Shown: positions 39,823 through 47,955 of the stretch, one piece after another
How the letters are laid out: each line of letters opens with the position of its first letter
How positions within the stretch are numbered: the first letter of the stretch is position 1
Source of the DNA: an uncultured Candidatus Micrarchaeota archaeon
GTDB taxonomy: Archaea > Micrarchaeota > Micrarchaeia > Anstonellales > Bilamarchaeaceae
Direction: 5' to 3'
Assembly: GCA_903835385.1 (NCBI GenBank)
Contig: CAILMQ010000013.1
Coordinates: 2,687 to 66,686 of the forward strand
DNA length: 64,000 nucleotides
Made by a program: the position numbers and the translations under genes
Notes under the pieces: generated by a model
What the model saw: the letters and a program-made list of their open reading frames with translations, nothing else
Told to the model about the DNA's origin: nothing
The model's database searches: none

Positions 39823-39860
39823 CCGGCGCTAATGCCGATATCGATAAAAAGAAGGGAAAA

Positions 39861-40007
39861 CGGGCCTGGAGGGATTGTCAGTCTGGCGGACAACGCCCGC
39901 CTCGACATTTGAACCCTCGGCCTGCGGATTAAAAGTCCGACGCTCTACCATTTCAGGCCTTGCCTGAAAAACTTGCCATCAGGCAAGGCTAGCTGAGCTA
40001 CAGGCCC
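39861..40007 (-). tRNA. candidate tRNA-Lys (anticodon UUU) with insertions (putative introns) in the D-loop (~40 nt) and between the T-loop and T-stem (~33 nt)
   Basis: Minus strand: GGGCCTG-TA-GCTC-AG[...]TGGTA-GAGC-G-TCGGA-CTTTTAA-TCCGC-AGGCC-GAGGG-TTCAAAT-[33 nt]-CCCTC-CAGGCCC-G. Acceptor 7/7, D-stem and T-stem are perfect. The anticodon stem has one mismatch. Confidence 0.45.
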
Positions 40008-40575
40008 GTCTGTGCTTGACTTATGCATTGCCGCGCTCGACGCATCGAGCACGCTCGCGGTCGAATCTCGACCGCGACATCTCATTATCCAGTCTTTCGT
40101 TGTTTTACTTCTATGTTCCATGAATACGTGGGCTCCAATATTCTCAAGGCCACGTAAGTCGTTTTCGCGTTTTCACTTTAACGAACGCGCGAAGTAAAGT
40201 TCTACTGAAACTATTTAAAAACATGCACGGCAATAAGAAACGTCCGATGGGAGGTACAAACCAAACACCGAGCGACTGACGGAGCGCGAGTCGAATTGAA
40301 GACGACGTCTCTAAAGAAAACAGTAAGAATGAGAGAACAGAAAGAAAACAAGAGCCAGGTTGGCAGATCGGCTATGCGGCCGCCTGCAGTCGCCCGCTTT
40401 CTTGCGGGCGGCACAAAGCGGCACAGGGTGGTTCAACTCCTCCACCTGGCTTTTTTAGCGTCAGGGACGCGGGCAATCGCCCGGTCCTCGCACGCGAAGG
40501 AACCCGGCGTTTCCCCGGATGGCGAGCCCGGGCGAAGACATCTTTTTAAAAACTTCCACACATCCACTGCCGTAG

Positions 40576-41574
40576 GTGTGCGTCATGCAGCTTCACAAAA
40601 ATAGGATTTACGGAACCGTATCGGACAACCCGCAGAAGCATCCGCTGGAAAGGCATCCTCTTATCGAGCGGATTGGACGCAGAACGAAGCTCGCATTTGC
40701 AGGCGCGGCAGTGGCGGGCCTTGCATTCATAGCCTCGCCACAGAAAGTGAGCGGGCAGGACGATATGCGGTCCATCGCATCTGTTCTGAGCGGTCGTAGC
40801 AATGTGAACGCAAAGAACATCAATGGCAAGACCGCGCTCATGGATGCTGCAGGGGCCGGGCGCATGGGAGCAGTCGTTCTGCTCCTGGAAAACGGCGCCG
40901 ACGTGAATGCGAGGGACAAGAATGACGAGACGGCGCTCACGTACGCCGTAAAGGGCGGATACGCCAAAACAGCCGCTCTGCTCCTGGAAAAGGGCGCTTT
41001 TGTGGATGCGAAGTGCGGATTCACCCGGGTCGTACTCATGTGCGCTGCATCGTCCGGGTACACCGAAATCGTCAAGTTGCTCGTGGAACACGGTGCCTAT
41101 GTCAATAGGAGCGACCTCAGTGGTAAGACCGCGCTCATGCTCGCTGCAAAGGGCGGATACGCCGAAATCGCCGAGCTGCTGCTGAAAGGGCCTGGTGTGA
41201 ATGCAAAGGACGTATCAGGTTGGACCGCGCTCATGTACGCTGCATCTGCCGGGAGCGCAGAAACAGTCTGGCTGCTTCTGGAACATGACGCTAATGCGGA
41301 CGCGAAGGCCAAAGACGGCAAGACCGCGCTCATGAATGCCGCATCGGCTGGAAACCTAATTGCGGTCGGGCTGCTGCTGAAAAAGGGCGCCGATGCGAAT
41401 GCAAAGGACATCCACGGTACGACCGTGCTCATGTATGCTGCTAAGGATGGGCGCATAGAAATAGCCAGACTGCTCCTTAAATGCGGTGCTGATGCGAATG
41501 CAGAGGACTTATTTGGCCACACTGTGAGTGATTACGCCGAAAACCCAAAAATCTACGAGCGCCTGCATGAATAG
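40576..41574 (+). CDS. secreted ankyrin-repeat protein (about 8 ANK repeats) with N-terminal signal/anchor
   Basis: Repeated G.TALM.AA..G...V..LLE.GADVNA units. Hydrophobic LAFAGAAVAGLAFIASP near the N-terminus. Confidence 0.85.
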   Translation: MCVMQLHKNRIYGTVSDNPQKHPLERHPLIERIGRRTKLAFAGAAVAGLAFIASPQKVSGQDDMRSIASVLSGRSNVNAKNINGKTALMDAAGAGRMGAVVLLLENGADVNARDKNDETALTYAVKGGYAKTAALLLEKGAFVDAKCGFTRVVLMCAASSGYTEIVKLLVEHGAYVNRSDLSGKTALMLAAKGGYAEIAELLLKGPGVNAKDVSGWTALMYAASAGSAETVWLLLEHDANADAKAKDGKTALMNAASAGNLIAVGLLLKKGADANAKDIHGTTVLMYAAKDGRIEIARLLLKCGADANAEDLFGHTVSDYAENPKIYERLHE

Positions 41575-41600
41575 CGCCGATTCTCGGTGAAAACTGTTTT

Positions 41601-41632
41601 ATTTGGGCGGGCGGCAGCCCGGTTTTTTCTCT
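41601..41632 (+). terminator. GC hairpin (cgggcggcagcccg) followed by T6-7, candidate terminator of the ankyrin gene
   Basis: gggcgggcggcagcccggttttttctc lies about 30 nt after the stop codon. Confidence 0.4.
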
Positions 41633-41968
41633 TTCCAACACGCCATTTCCGCTGCACGCGTTTTTAACCAAAAAACCTGCGATTCGGGTTTTCGCCATGT
41701 GCCAGCAGCCGTTTTATATGATTTAAAACATGTTTTAAGCTGTTTTCCTGTGCAAAGTCATTGTTTCCGGCTTTTAAAAGCGCTCCGGCGTGAAAATGCT
41801 GCTTTATATGCTGGTCCGCGCTAAAGGGGGTATGCAGGTCCGATGGTTGCACCGAATCTGGGCATCTCTTTTTTCGCTCGTTTCAGGCTACGATGAATCT
41901 TTTTTGAGGCTGAATTGCAGGCCCCATGTCCTTCCGGTGAAGGAAGACGAGTGAAAAACGCTGACTTT

Positions 41969-42631
41969 TTATTTTAATCCATCATCAGCGGCAGCGTTTG
42001 GCGGTCCCAGCGTGTGCCCGTTCTGCCTGAGCCACTTTCTTTTCTCCCTGTAATCCGGCACAATCCGCTCCACAACGCCCCAGAACCTTGGCCCGTGGCC
42101 GCGGTATTTGCTGTGCGCCAGCTCGTGGACTATCACGTACTCCAGTATTTCAGGGGGCGCGAACAGAAGCCTGAAATTCAGGTTCACGGTCCCCTTCGGG
42201 GAATAGCTGCCCCATCGGGTGCTGTTGTCGCGGAGCGACACGCGCCCTATCCGCGCATAGAAATGCGATTCGTTTATCCTCCTTATCTTCGCCTCCAGGT
42301 CAGGCAGCACGCGCCTTGCTATGCCCTTCCGTATTCTCTCAGGCCCGGAATACCGGGTTATCCTGAACCTGCGCCCGAGAATCTCGAATTCCTGGCCTTG
42401 TCTGAATTCCAGCCCTTTCATCCTGCGCGCCCCCCACCTTCCTTCGGATATGCTTTTTATGGCGCGCGATTCCAGCCTTTCCGCGATTTCGTCCGCCTCT
42501 TTTTTCGGCCACCTGTGCGGAATGCTGATTATTATGCGGTCGTCCCTGAGCCTGGCAATGGCATTCCTGTTGTTGGACGTGATGCGTATGACCGAGTAGG
42601 TCTTCCCTGATATGTCAATCAGCCTTTCCAT
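41969..42631 (-). CDS. YgjP/DUF45-family (M48-like, WLM) zinc metallopeptidase
   Basis: YVIVHELAHSKYRGHGPRFW (HExxH...H) near the C-terminus. The layout is typical of DUF45. Confidence 0.7.
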   Translation of the reverse strand: MERLIDISGKTYSVIRITSNNRNAIARLRDDRIIISIPHRWPKKEADEIAERLESRAIKSISEGRWGARRMKGLEFRQGQEFEILGRRFRITRYSGPERIRKGIARRVLPDLEAKIRRINESHFYARIGRVSLRDNSTRWGSYSPKGTVNLNFRLLFAPPEILEYVIVHELAHSKYRGHGPRFWGVVERIVPDYREKRKWLRQNGHTLGPPNAAADDGLK

Positions 42632-43013
42632 CTGCCATCAGCCCTGCAATCGCCTTCCCAACCTGCCTCAGCGCGTTCCTCTCGTTTCCGGTTCCCGGCA
42701 CGCCTATTATCGTGACCTTCTTCACAATCCCCATCTTGCCGAGCAATTTCAGGTAAATCGGCAAGTCGAAATCGTGCATGCCCAGGCGCGGGCTTTCGGA
42801 AAAGGAGCCGATGCCATGGAAAACCCGCACGCTTTTTATCCCATGCACGGTGTCCAGCAGCGTTATCTCCTTTCCGGCCTTCTCCAGGTCCTCCACAGCA
42901 TCGAATTCCACGAACTCGATTTCGGGGAATGCTTTTCTTAGCTTCGGGAGCATGCGCAATGGCAAAGAATCCATATCCACGAGCGGATTCCCGAGCACGA
43001 GTATTTTTTTCAT
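42615..43013 (-). CDS. hydrogenase maturation endopeptidase (HycI/HoxW/FrhD family)
   Basis: MKKILVLGNPLVDMDSLPLRMLPKL... has the family's small size and Asp-containing N-terminal motif. Divergent from the hydrogenase structural genes. Confidence 0.6.
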   Translation of the reverse strand: MKKILVLGNPLVDMDSLPLRMLPKLRKAFPEIEFVEFDAVEDLEKAGKEITLLDTVHGIKSVRVFHGIGSFSESPRLGMHDFDLPIYLKLLGKMGIVKKVTIIGVPGTGNERNALRQVGKAIAGLMADGKAD

Positions 43014-43064
43014 TGCATAATCGAATGCAGAAACCTATTTTAAATTCATGTTAGATAAGGACGC

Positions 43065-43547
43065 ATGCCAAAGAAGAAGCTCGCCATGGGCTGGTTCACG
43101 TTCACCTGTTCCGAGGACAACACCATACTTTTCGTGGAGCTGCTCAACCAGTACTATTTCCAGTGGAAGGAGCTGGTGGAGTTCAGGCACTGCAAGGTGC
43201 TGAAAACGGACAACAGGCACGGCAGGTTCGATGTCGCGTTCGTCGAGGGCGCGATATCCACGAAAAAAGAGGAGGACAAGCTGAGGGAGATACGGAAGAA
43301 ATCGAAAAAGCTCGTTGCCGTGGGGGCGTGCGCATGCACCGGCCTCCCGGCAGGCCAGCGCAATTCCTTCACGCCGGAGATGCTAAGCAGGATAACGCCG
43401 TTCCTTGAGGCGTACCAGCTGCGCGACAAGATAGTGCCTCTGGGCGCCATAGTGAAGGTGGACGATTCGCTGCCCGGCTGCCCCATGGTTCCGGGGCAGT
43501 TTGTCCAGCTTCTCGAGAAATACCTTGCCGAGTTCGGAGTGAAATGA
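43065..43547 (+). CDS. [NiFe]-hydrogenase small subunit, minimal (sulfhydrogenase-delta / MvhG-like, proximal cluster only)
   Basis: TCSEDN ... GACACTG ... GCPMVPGQF Cys motifs of the NuoB-like small-subunit fold. 160 aa. Confidence 0.7.
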   Translation: MPKKKLAMGWFTFTCSEDNTILFVELLNQYYFQWKELVEFRHCKVLKTDNRHGRFDVAFVEGAISTKKEEDKLREIRKKSKKLVAVGACACTGLPAGQRNSFTPEMLSRITPFLEAYQLRDKIVPLGAIVKVDDSLPGCPMVPGQFVQLLEKYLAEFGVK

Positions 43548-43548
43548 C

Positions 43549-44844
43549 ATGCATGCTGAAGACTTCGATATAAACATAGAGGACATGAGCAAGATAGAGG
43601 GCCATGCCTCGCTCGAGCTCAAGGTGAGGAAAGGCGAGGTCCAGGACGTGAAGCTGAAGGTATTCGAGAACAGGCGCTTCTTCGAGTTCGCGGTCCGCGG
43701 CAAGAACTACGCCGCAGTGCCGCAGCTGGTGTCGAGGATATGCGGCACCTGCTCGGCCGCGCACCTCATGTGCTCCATAAAATGCATAGAGCACGCGTTC
43801 GGCTTCCAGCCCACGGAGCAGACCAAACTATTGCGCGACCTCACATTGTACGGCGTCAACATCCGCGACCATGCCATGCATCTTTTCCTTTTCGTGCTGC
43901 CGGACCTGTTCGGAAAGGACTCGGTGCTCCAGTTCGCGGATTCCGGGCTGGAGCACAGGCTGCTTCATCGGGCGCTTGCCATAAAGCAGGCGGGCAACAC
44001 GCTTTCGGCCGAAGTCGCCGGCAGGACGGTCCATCCCCCGTTCCCGGCAGTGGGCAATTTCCTCCACGTGCCCTCGAAGGAAAAGGCCAAAAGCCTGATT
44101 GTAGAGCTCAAAGGCGTGCGGGAGAGCGCCATAGAGTTCGTGCATTTGTTCGCTGAAAAGGATTTCGTCTTCGAGATGCCGGACATAGATTTCGTGGCGA
44201 ACGTGAACGAGAACTACAGCTACATCGGGGACGGCATATGCACCCATTCCAAGGGCTTCTGCATCCCGGAGCACGGGTTCGAGAGGTTCTTCAAGGAGAG
44301 CGTGGTGCCCTATTCCCAGGCATCGGGCTTCAGCTTCCAGGGCACGCCCTACATGGTCGGGGCGCTGGCCAGGATGAACATCAACTGCACCAGCCTTAAT
44401 CGGCGCACGCGCGAGGACCTGACCGAGGACAACCTATTCCCCTCGTTCAACATTTATCATAATAATCTGGCCCAGGCGATAGAAATCGTGCATTGCATAG
44501 ACTCGTCCATAGACCTGTTGGAGAACTGCGATTTCAGGCAGGAGCCGATACTGAAAGTCGAGCCCAAGGAATCCGAAGGCGTGGGCGTCATGGAGGCGCC
44601 CAGGGGAACCTTGTATTACCATGGGAAGCTGGACGCCAAGGGGAACTTCACTTATGCGAATCTGGTGATTCCCACGGCCCAGAACCAGGTGCTCATGGAG
44701 AAGGCGGTCGGCAGGCTGGTCCAGCAGCGCGTTACCGAGGACAAGAAACCGAAGCAGATACAGAAGGAGGTTGAGACCCTCATCCGGGCGTTCGACCCCT
44801 GCATGTCCTGCGCCACGCATTTCCTGAAGGTGAAATGGAAATGA
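43549..44844 (+). CDS. [NiFe]-hydrogenase large subunit (group 3-like)
   Basis: N-terminal RICGTCSAAH and C-terminal DPCMSCATH Ni-Fe ligand motifs. Confidence 0.85.
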   Translation: MHAEDFDINIEDMSKIEGHASLELKVRKGEVQDVKLKVFENRRFFEFAVRGKNYAAVPQLVSRICGTCSAAHLMCSIKCIEHAFGFQPTEQTKLLRDLTLYGVNIRDHAMHLFLFVLPDLFGKDSVLQFADSGLEHRLLHRALAIKQAGNTLSAEVAGRTVHPPFPAVGNFLHVPSKEKAKSLIVELKGVRESAIEFVHLFAEKDFVFEMPDIDFVANVNENYSYIGDGICTHSKGFCIPEHGFERFFKESVVPYSQASGFSFQGTPYMVGALARMNINCTSLNRRTREDLTEDNLFPSFNIYHNNLAQAIEIVHCIDSSIDLLENCDFRQEPILKVEPKESEGVGVMEAPRGTLYYHGKLDAKGNFTYANLVIPTAQNQVLMEKAVGRLVQQRVTEDKKPKQIQKEVETLIRAFDPCMSCATHFLKVKWK

Positions 44845-45125
44845 AGGCCAGGGCGGAGGAGAGGCTGCATAGCGGAAAGCTCGTGCGCGTGAAGGTGGAG
44901 CACCACGACTTCATAGAGAAAATAGAGATAAGCGGCGACTTCTCGCTGCATCCTTCCGAGGCCTTGCGCGAGGTGGAGAAAAACCTCGTGGGCGTGGAGG
45001 CGGACAGCGCCGAGCAGGGCATCGCTGACCTGATTCTTGAGACTTTATTGGAGCACCACGCGGTCCTGGAAGGCGCGAGCGCGTCGGACATCGCGCGGGT
45101 CGTGAAGAAGGCAGTAACGGACTGA
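44841..45125 (+). CDS. small protein resembling the lipoate-protein-ligase C-terminal domain fold
   Basis: KLVRVKVEHHDFIEKIEISGDFSLHPSEALREVEKNLVGVE matches the G.I.D.KI.GDFF.HP pattern. ATGA-coupled to the hydrogenase large subunit. Confidence 0.4.
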   Translation: MKARAEERLHSGKLVRVKVEHHDFIEKIEISGDFSLHPSEALREVEKNLVGVEADSAEQGIADLILETLLEHHAVLEGASASDIARVVKKAVTD

Positions 45126-45326
45126 TACGGACCGGGCCAGTTAGAATACCTTGAATTACTTCGCGAGCCTAAGAATGGCCTAAGACGAAGCGACCGGAGC
45201 GAACGAAGTTCGCGAGGTCCCTTGTTCGCTTCGAACAAGTGGATGATAAGAATACTGGAGAGAAGCGCGGCAATGCAGTAAGATGTTCAACCCGTACTTT
45301 GTGCAGAAACAGAAACATTTATATAC

Positions 45327-46748
45327 ATGTTCTGCCATATATTAGCATCGGTCTATCCCATGGACCGAAGCGAGAACATGAAACACGAAAAATCATACAA
45401 GCGAAGCTCAACGCTTCCCATTCGGACAGACGCCATGAACCCGCCAGTGCCAGGCAGGTCGGCGCCAGTCATGGGCAGGCCGCCGTTCGCAGGCCAGGAA
45501 CTGCAGCCCAGTCCACCGCAGCAGCTTGAGGGAGATGCCAGGCAGGCAGTGAAAAGCCGGATAATTCATGATTTTGTCGCAGAGGCGGCCGGAGCCAGGA
45601 CGAACCATCAGAACTACGTCGCTGCGCTTGTCAGGCTGGCAGAGGAACTGGCTGAGAAAAAAAGCAAAATCGAACAACCCGCACCCGAGCAGAAGCCCCG
45701 TCCGGTGACCAAGCAGGAGGTCCTGTCCATGGCGTTGTACAACCTGGGCATGGCTGCCGAGATAGGCGAACCCACCTGGATCCAGATTCCGGAAAGGGGA
45801 AAGTTATTCATTTTCACGATAAAATTCAGGGGGAACACCATAAAGGTGGCGCTCCCGGAGTCCATACTGGAATCGGACGACCCCGTGTCGCTGGCCGAGG
45901 CTGCAATAAAGATGCACGGCAGCAGGATTGTGGAGCCGCCTGAGCTTGACCAACCTGACCCCCATACCGCGCTTGGCATAGGGGAGCCTGACCTGGAAAA
46001 AAGGAATCTTTTATATGACGGCGTTGACACGGACGGGTCCAACAGGTTCGTCTACATGACCGAGGGCTGCGAGACGATATTCAGGGTGCCGGCAGGGCTG
46101 GCAGGGGACGGCCTGGCGGATTGCCTTGAAGAGAAGGTTCTCGGATGGCACATGACTCAGGCCACGGAAGGCCGGCCTGTGGTGATTCCATTTAAGGTTC
46201 TCGAAGCCCATGCCGAGAGGATAGCGCAGCAGGTTTATCCTGAGGGCACTCCGCCCCAGGTTGAGGAGACAGCGACGGTCCTTGATTACCTGATGCGCAT
46301 TTCGCCCCTTCCTGTGCCGGAACTGGTTCCGGAAGAATGCCGGGCCGCGTTCCTGGAGCTGCAGGGACTGCCCTCATGCTACGTCGTGAAAGTGACCGGG
46401 GCGCAGATGCGCGAGTTTGTGGAAGCGCTAGATGAGTTGGACGACCCCATGCTGGTACGTGCAAGAAAGGCCCATGAAATACGTGTCAGGGAAGGCGGCG
46501 CGCCTCTTGCGGATGAGACGATAGTGGAGCTTGTACGTGAGCACCTGGAGACGCCTGTTCCGGACATACCCGTATGCGACGGGGCGCTGGATAACCTCAA
46601 AAAGGCATACGCCCTGCTGAGTGGCAATCAGTATTACGAGTCCGCGCCAACGAACGTGCTCATAAAGAACCACGCGCTTTTCGTGCTGACCATACGCACG
46701 GAAATCCAGAAGATGATTAGCCTCAACTATCTTGTTATCGAGGAATAG
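45327..46748 (+). CDS. hypothetical protein (473 aa, no recognisable domain)
   Basis: Long ORF whose codon periodicity matches neighbouring genes. The start is uncertain (alternative M at MDRSENMKH). Confidence 0.5.
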   Translation: MFCHILASVYPMDRSENMKHEKSYKRSSTLPIRTDAMNPPVPGRSAPVMGRPPFAGQELQPSPPQQLEGDARQAVKSRIIHDFVAEAAGARTNHQNYVAALVRLAEELAEKKSKIEQPAPEQKPRPVTKQEVLSMALYNLGMAAEIGEPTWIQIPERGKLFIFTIKFRGNTIKVALPESILESDDPVSLAEAAIKMHGSRIVEPPELDQPDPHTALGIGEPDLEKRNLLYDGVDTDGSNRFVYMTEGCETIFRVPAGLAGDGLADCLEEKVLGWHMTQATEGRPVVIPFKVLEAHAERIAQQVYPEGTPPQVEETATVLDYLMRISPLPVPELVPEECRAAFLELQGLPSCYVVKVTGAQMREFVEALDELDDPMLVRARKAHEIRVREGGAPLADETIVELVREHLETPVPDIPVCDGALDNLKKAYALLSGNQYYESAPTNVLIKNHALFVLTIRTEIQKMISLNYLVIEE

Positions 46749-46839
46749 GCTTTTGGCCCGGTTCCTGGTTTCAGGCGCGGACCGAAGCAATCCCATTTTC
46801 ATTTAAATATCCGTTGGGTAATAGCCCTTCGGAGATTAA

Positions 46840-47835
46840 ATGGCTGAAAATCCGATGCTCGTAGTGGGAATCATTGCGCTTGTTCTTCTGACCGCAGGGC
46901 TTACGTATTACATGGTGAAAGCCGAGACCCCGGCCGTCATTCCGCCTGTCAATCAAACGAACATCAGCGGGCAGCCGGCGACAATAACAGTCACAGGCGA
47001 GGCGTCTAGGACCGTGACTCCTGACACCGTTGCCGTGGGGCTGACAATAAGCAGCATCGGGCCGGATACCGCTGTTTCGCAATCCAGGAACGCGGCAGAG
47101 ACCGGCGGCGTCAAGGCGGCCTTGCTCGCAGCAGGAGTGAACGAATCCGAAATCCAGACGGTTTCATACTACACCAATCCGGTTTACAACGAATCCTGCT
47201 CCAGATGCTATTCGCAGACGTACTATTACCCGCAGGCCGCTCCGGGCGGAGTAACAGCCCCGGCAAACAATCCGGCTTCAGCTCCGGTACCTGACGCGGG
47301 CGTTGGCTCGGCTTCCTCCGGAGTTGCCTCTGGCGGAGATGCGTCTTCCGGCGTGGCCGTTTCTCCCGGCTATCCGTCCCCGGTTCCGCCCTATCCCTGC
47401 AACTACGCTGACAATTGCACGATTGTCGGCTACACTACCGTCCATTCAATCACGATACAGAGCAATAAAACGGCCGATGGCGGCAAGTATCTTGAAGCCG
47501 CGCTCAACGCCTCAAACACGACCTCGGTGGATTACGTGTATTTCTCGGTGAGCAACGCGATGGGCATCAAAGTGGATTCCGAGCTCCAGGCAGAGGCCGC
47601 GGCGGCCGCCAAGACAAAGGCCAAGAACATCGCCACTGGCCTGGGCGCGAGCCTGGGAAAAATCGTTTCCGTGAACCCGAACTATTACCCTATTTACCCT
47701 GTTTACGCGTACCAGAACGGGGCGGCTGGAACCACCGCGCCCTCGGTTCCGCCTGTCGCCCCTCCAACCGAGATTTTCCCGACCACCACGCAGATGAGCA
47801 GTTCCATCACCGTGGTGTATGAGCTCGTGCAATAA
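46840..47835 (+). CDS. SIMPL (DUF541) domain protein with N-terminal TM anchor and Pro/Ser/Gly-rich linker
   Basis: ATITVTGEASRTVTPDTVAVGLTI ... pattern typical of SIMPL. TM helix VVGIIALVLLTAGLTYYM. Confidence 0.6.
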   Translation: MAENPMLVVGIIALVLLTAGLTYYMVKAETPAVIPPVNQTNISGQPATITVTGEASRTVTPDTVAVGLTISSIGPDTAVSQSRNAAETGGVKAALLAAGVNESEIQTVSYYTNPVYNESCSRCYSQTYYYPQAAPGGVTAPANNPASAPVPDAGVGSASSGVASGGDASSGVAVSPGYPSPVPPYPCNYADNCTIVGYTTVHSITIQSNKTADGGKYLEAALNASNTTSVDYVYFSVSNAMGIKVDSELQAEAAAAAKTKAKNIATGLGASLGKIVSVNPNYYPIYPVYAYQNGAAGTTAPSVPPVAPPTEIFPTTTQMSSSITVVYELVQ

Positions 47836-47955
47836 GGGAAGCTGAAGAGACGCCCGGCGAGTTCCCCGCAAGGGGAGGCCGGTATTCCTGCTATTTTAAA
47901 AATACTACTACACATTTATTTACTATAAAACACTATATTCCATAGGTGCAGCCAG

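Noticed and set aside
40354-40450. Canonical tRNA (including a possible tRNA-Sec) at the 7-bp-helix element
   Set aside because: The D-arm cannot be formed, the putative anticodon hairpin has a 9-bp stem with a 6-nt loop, and the T-stem has a central mismatch. It is kept only as a candidate ncRNA in the findings.
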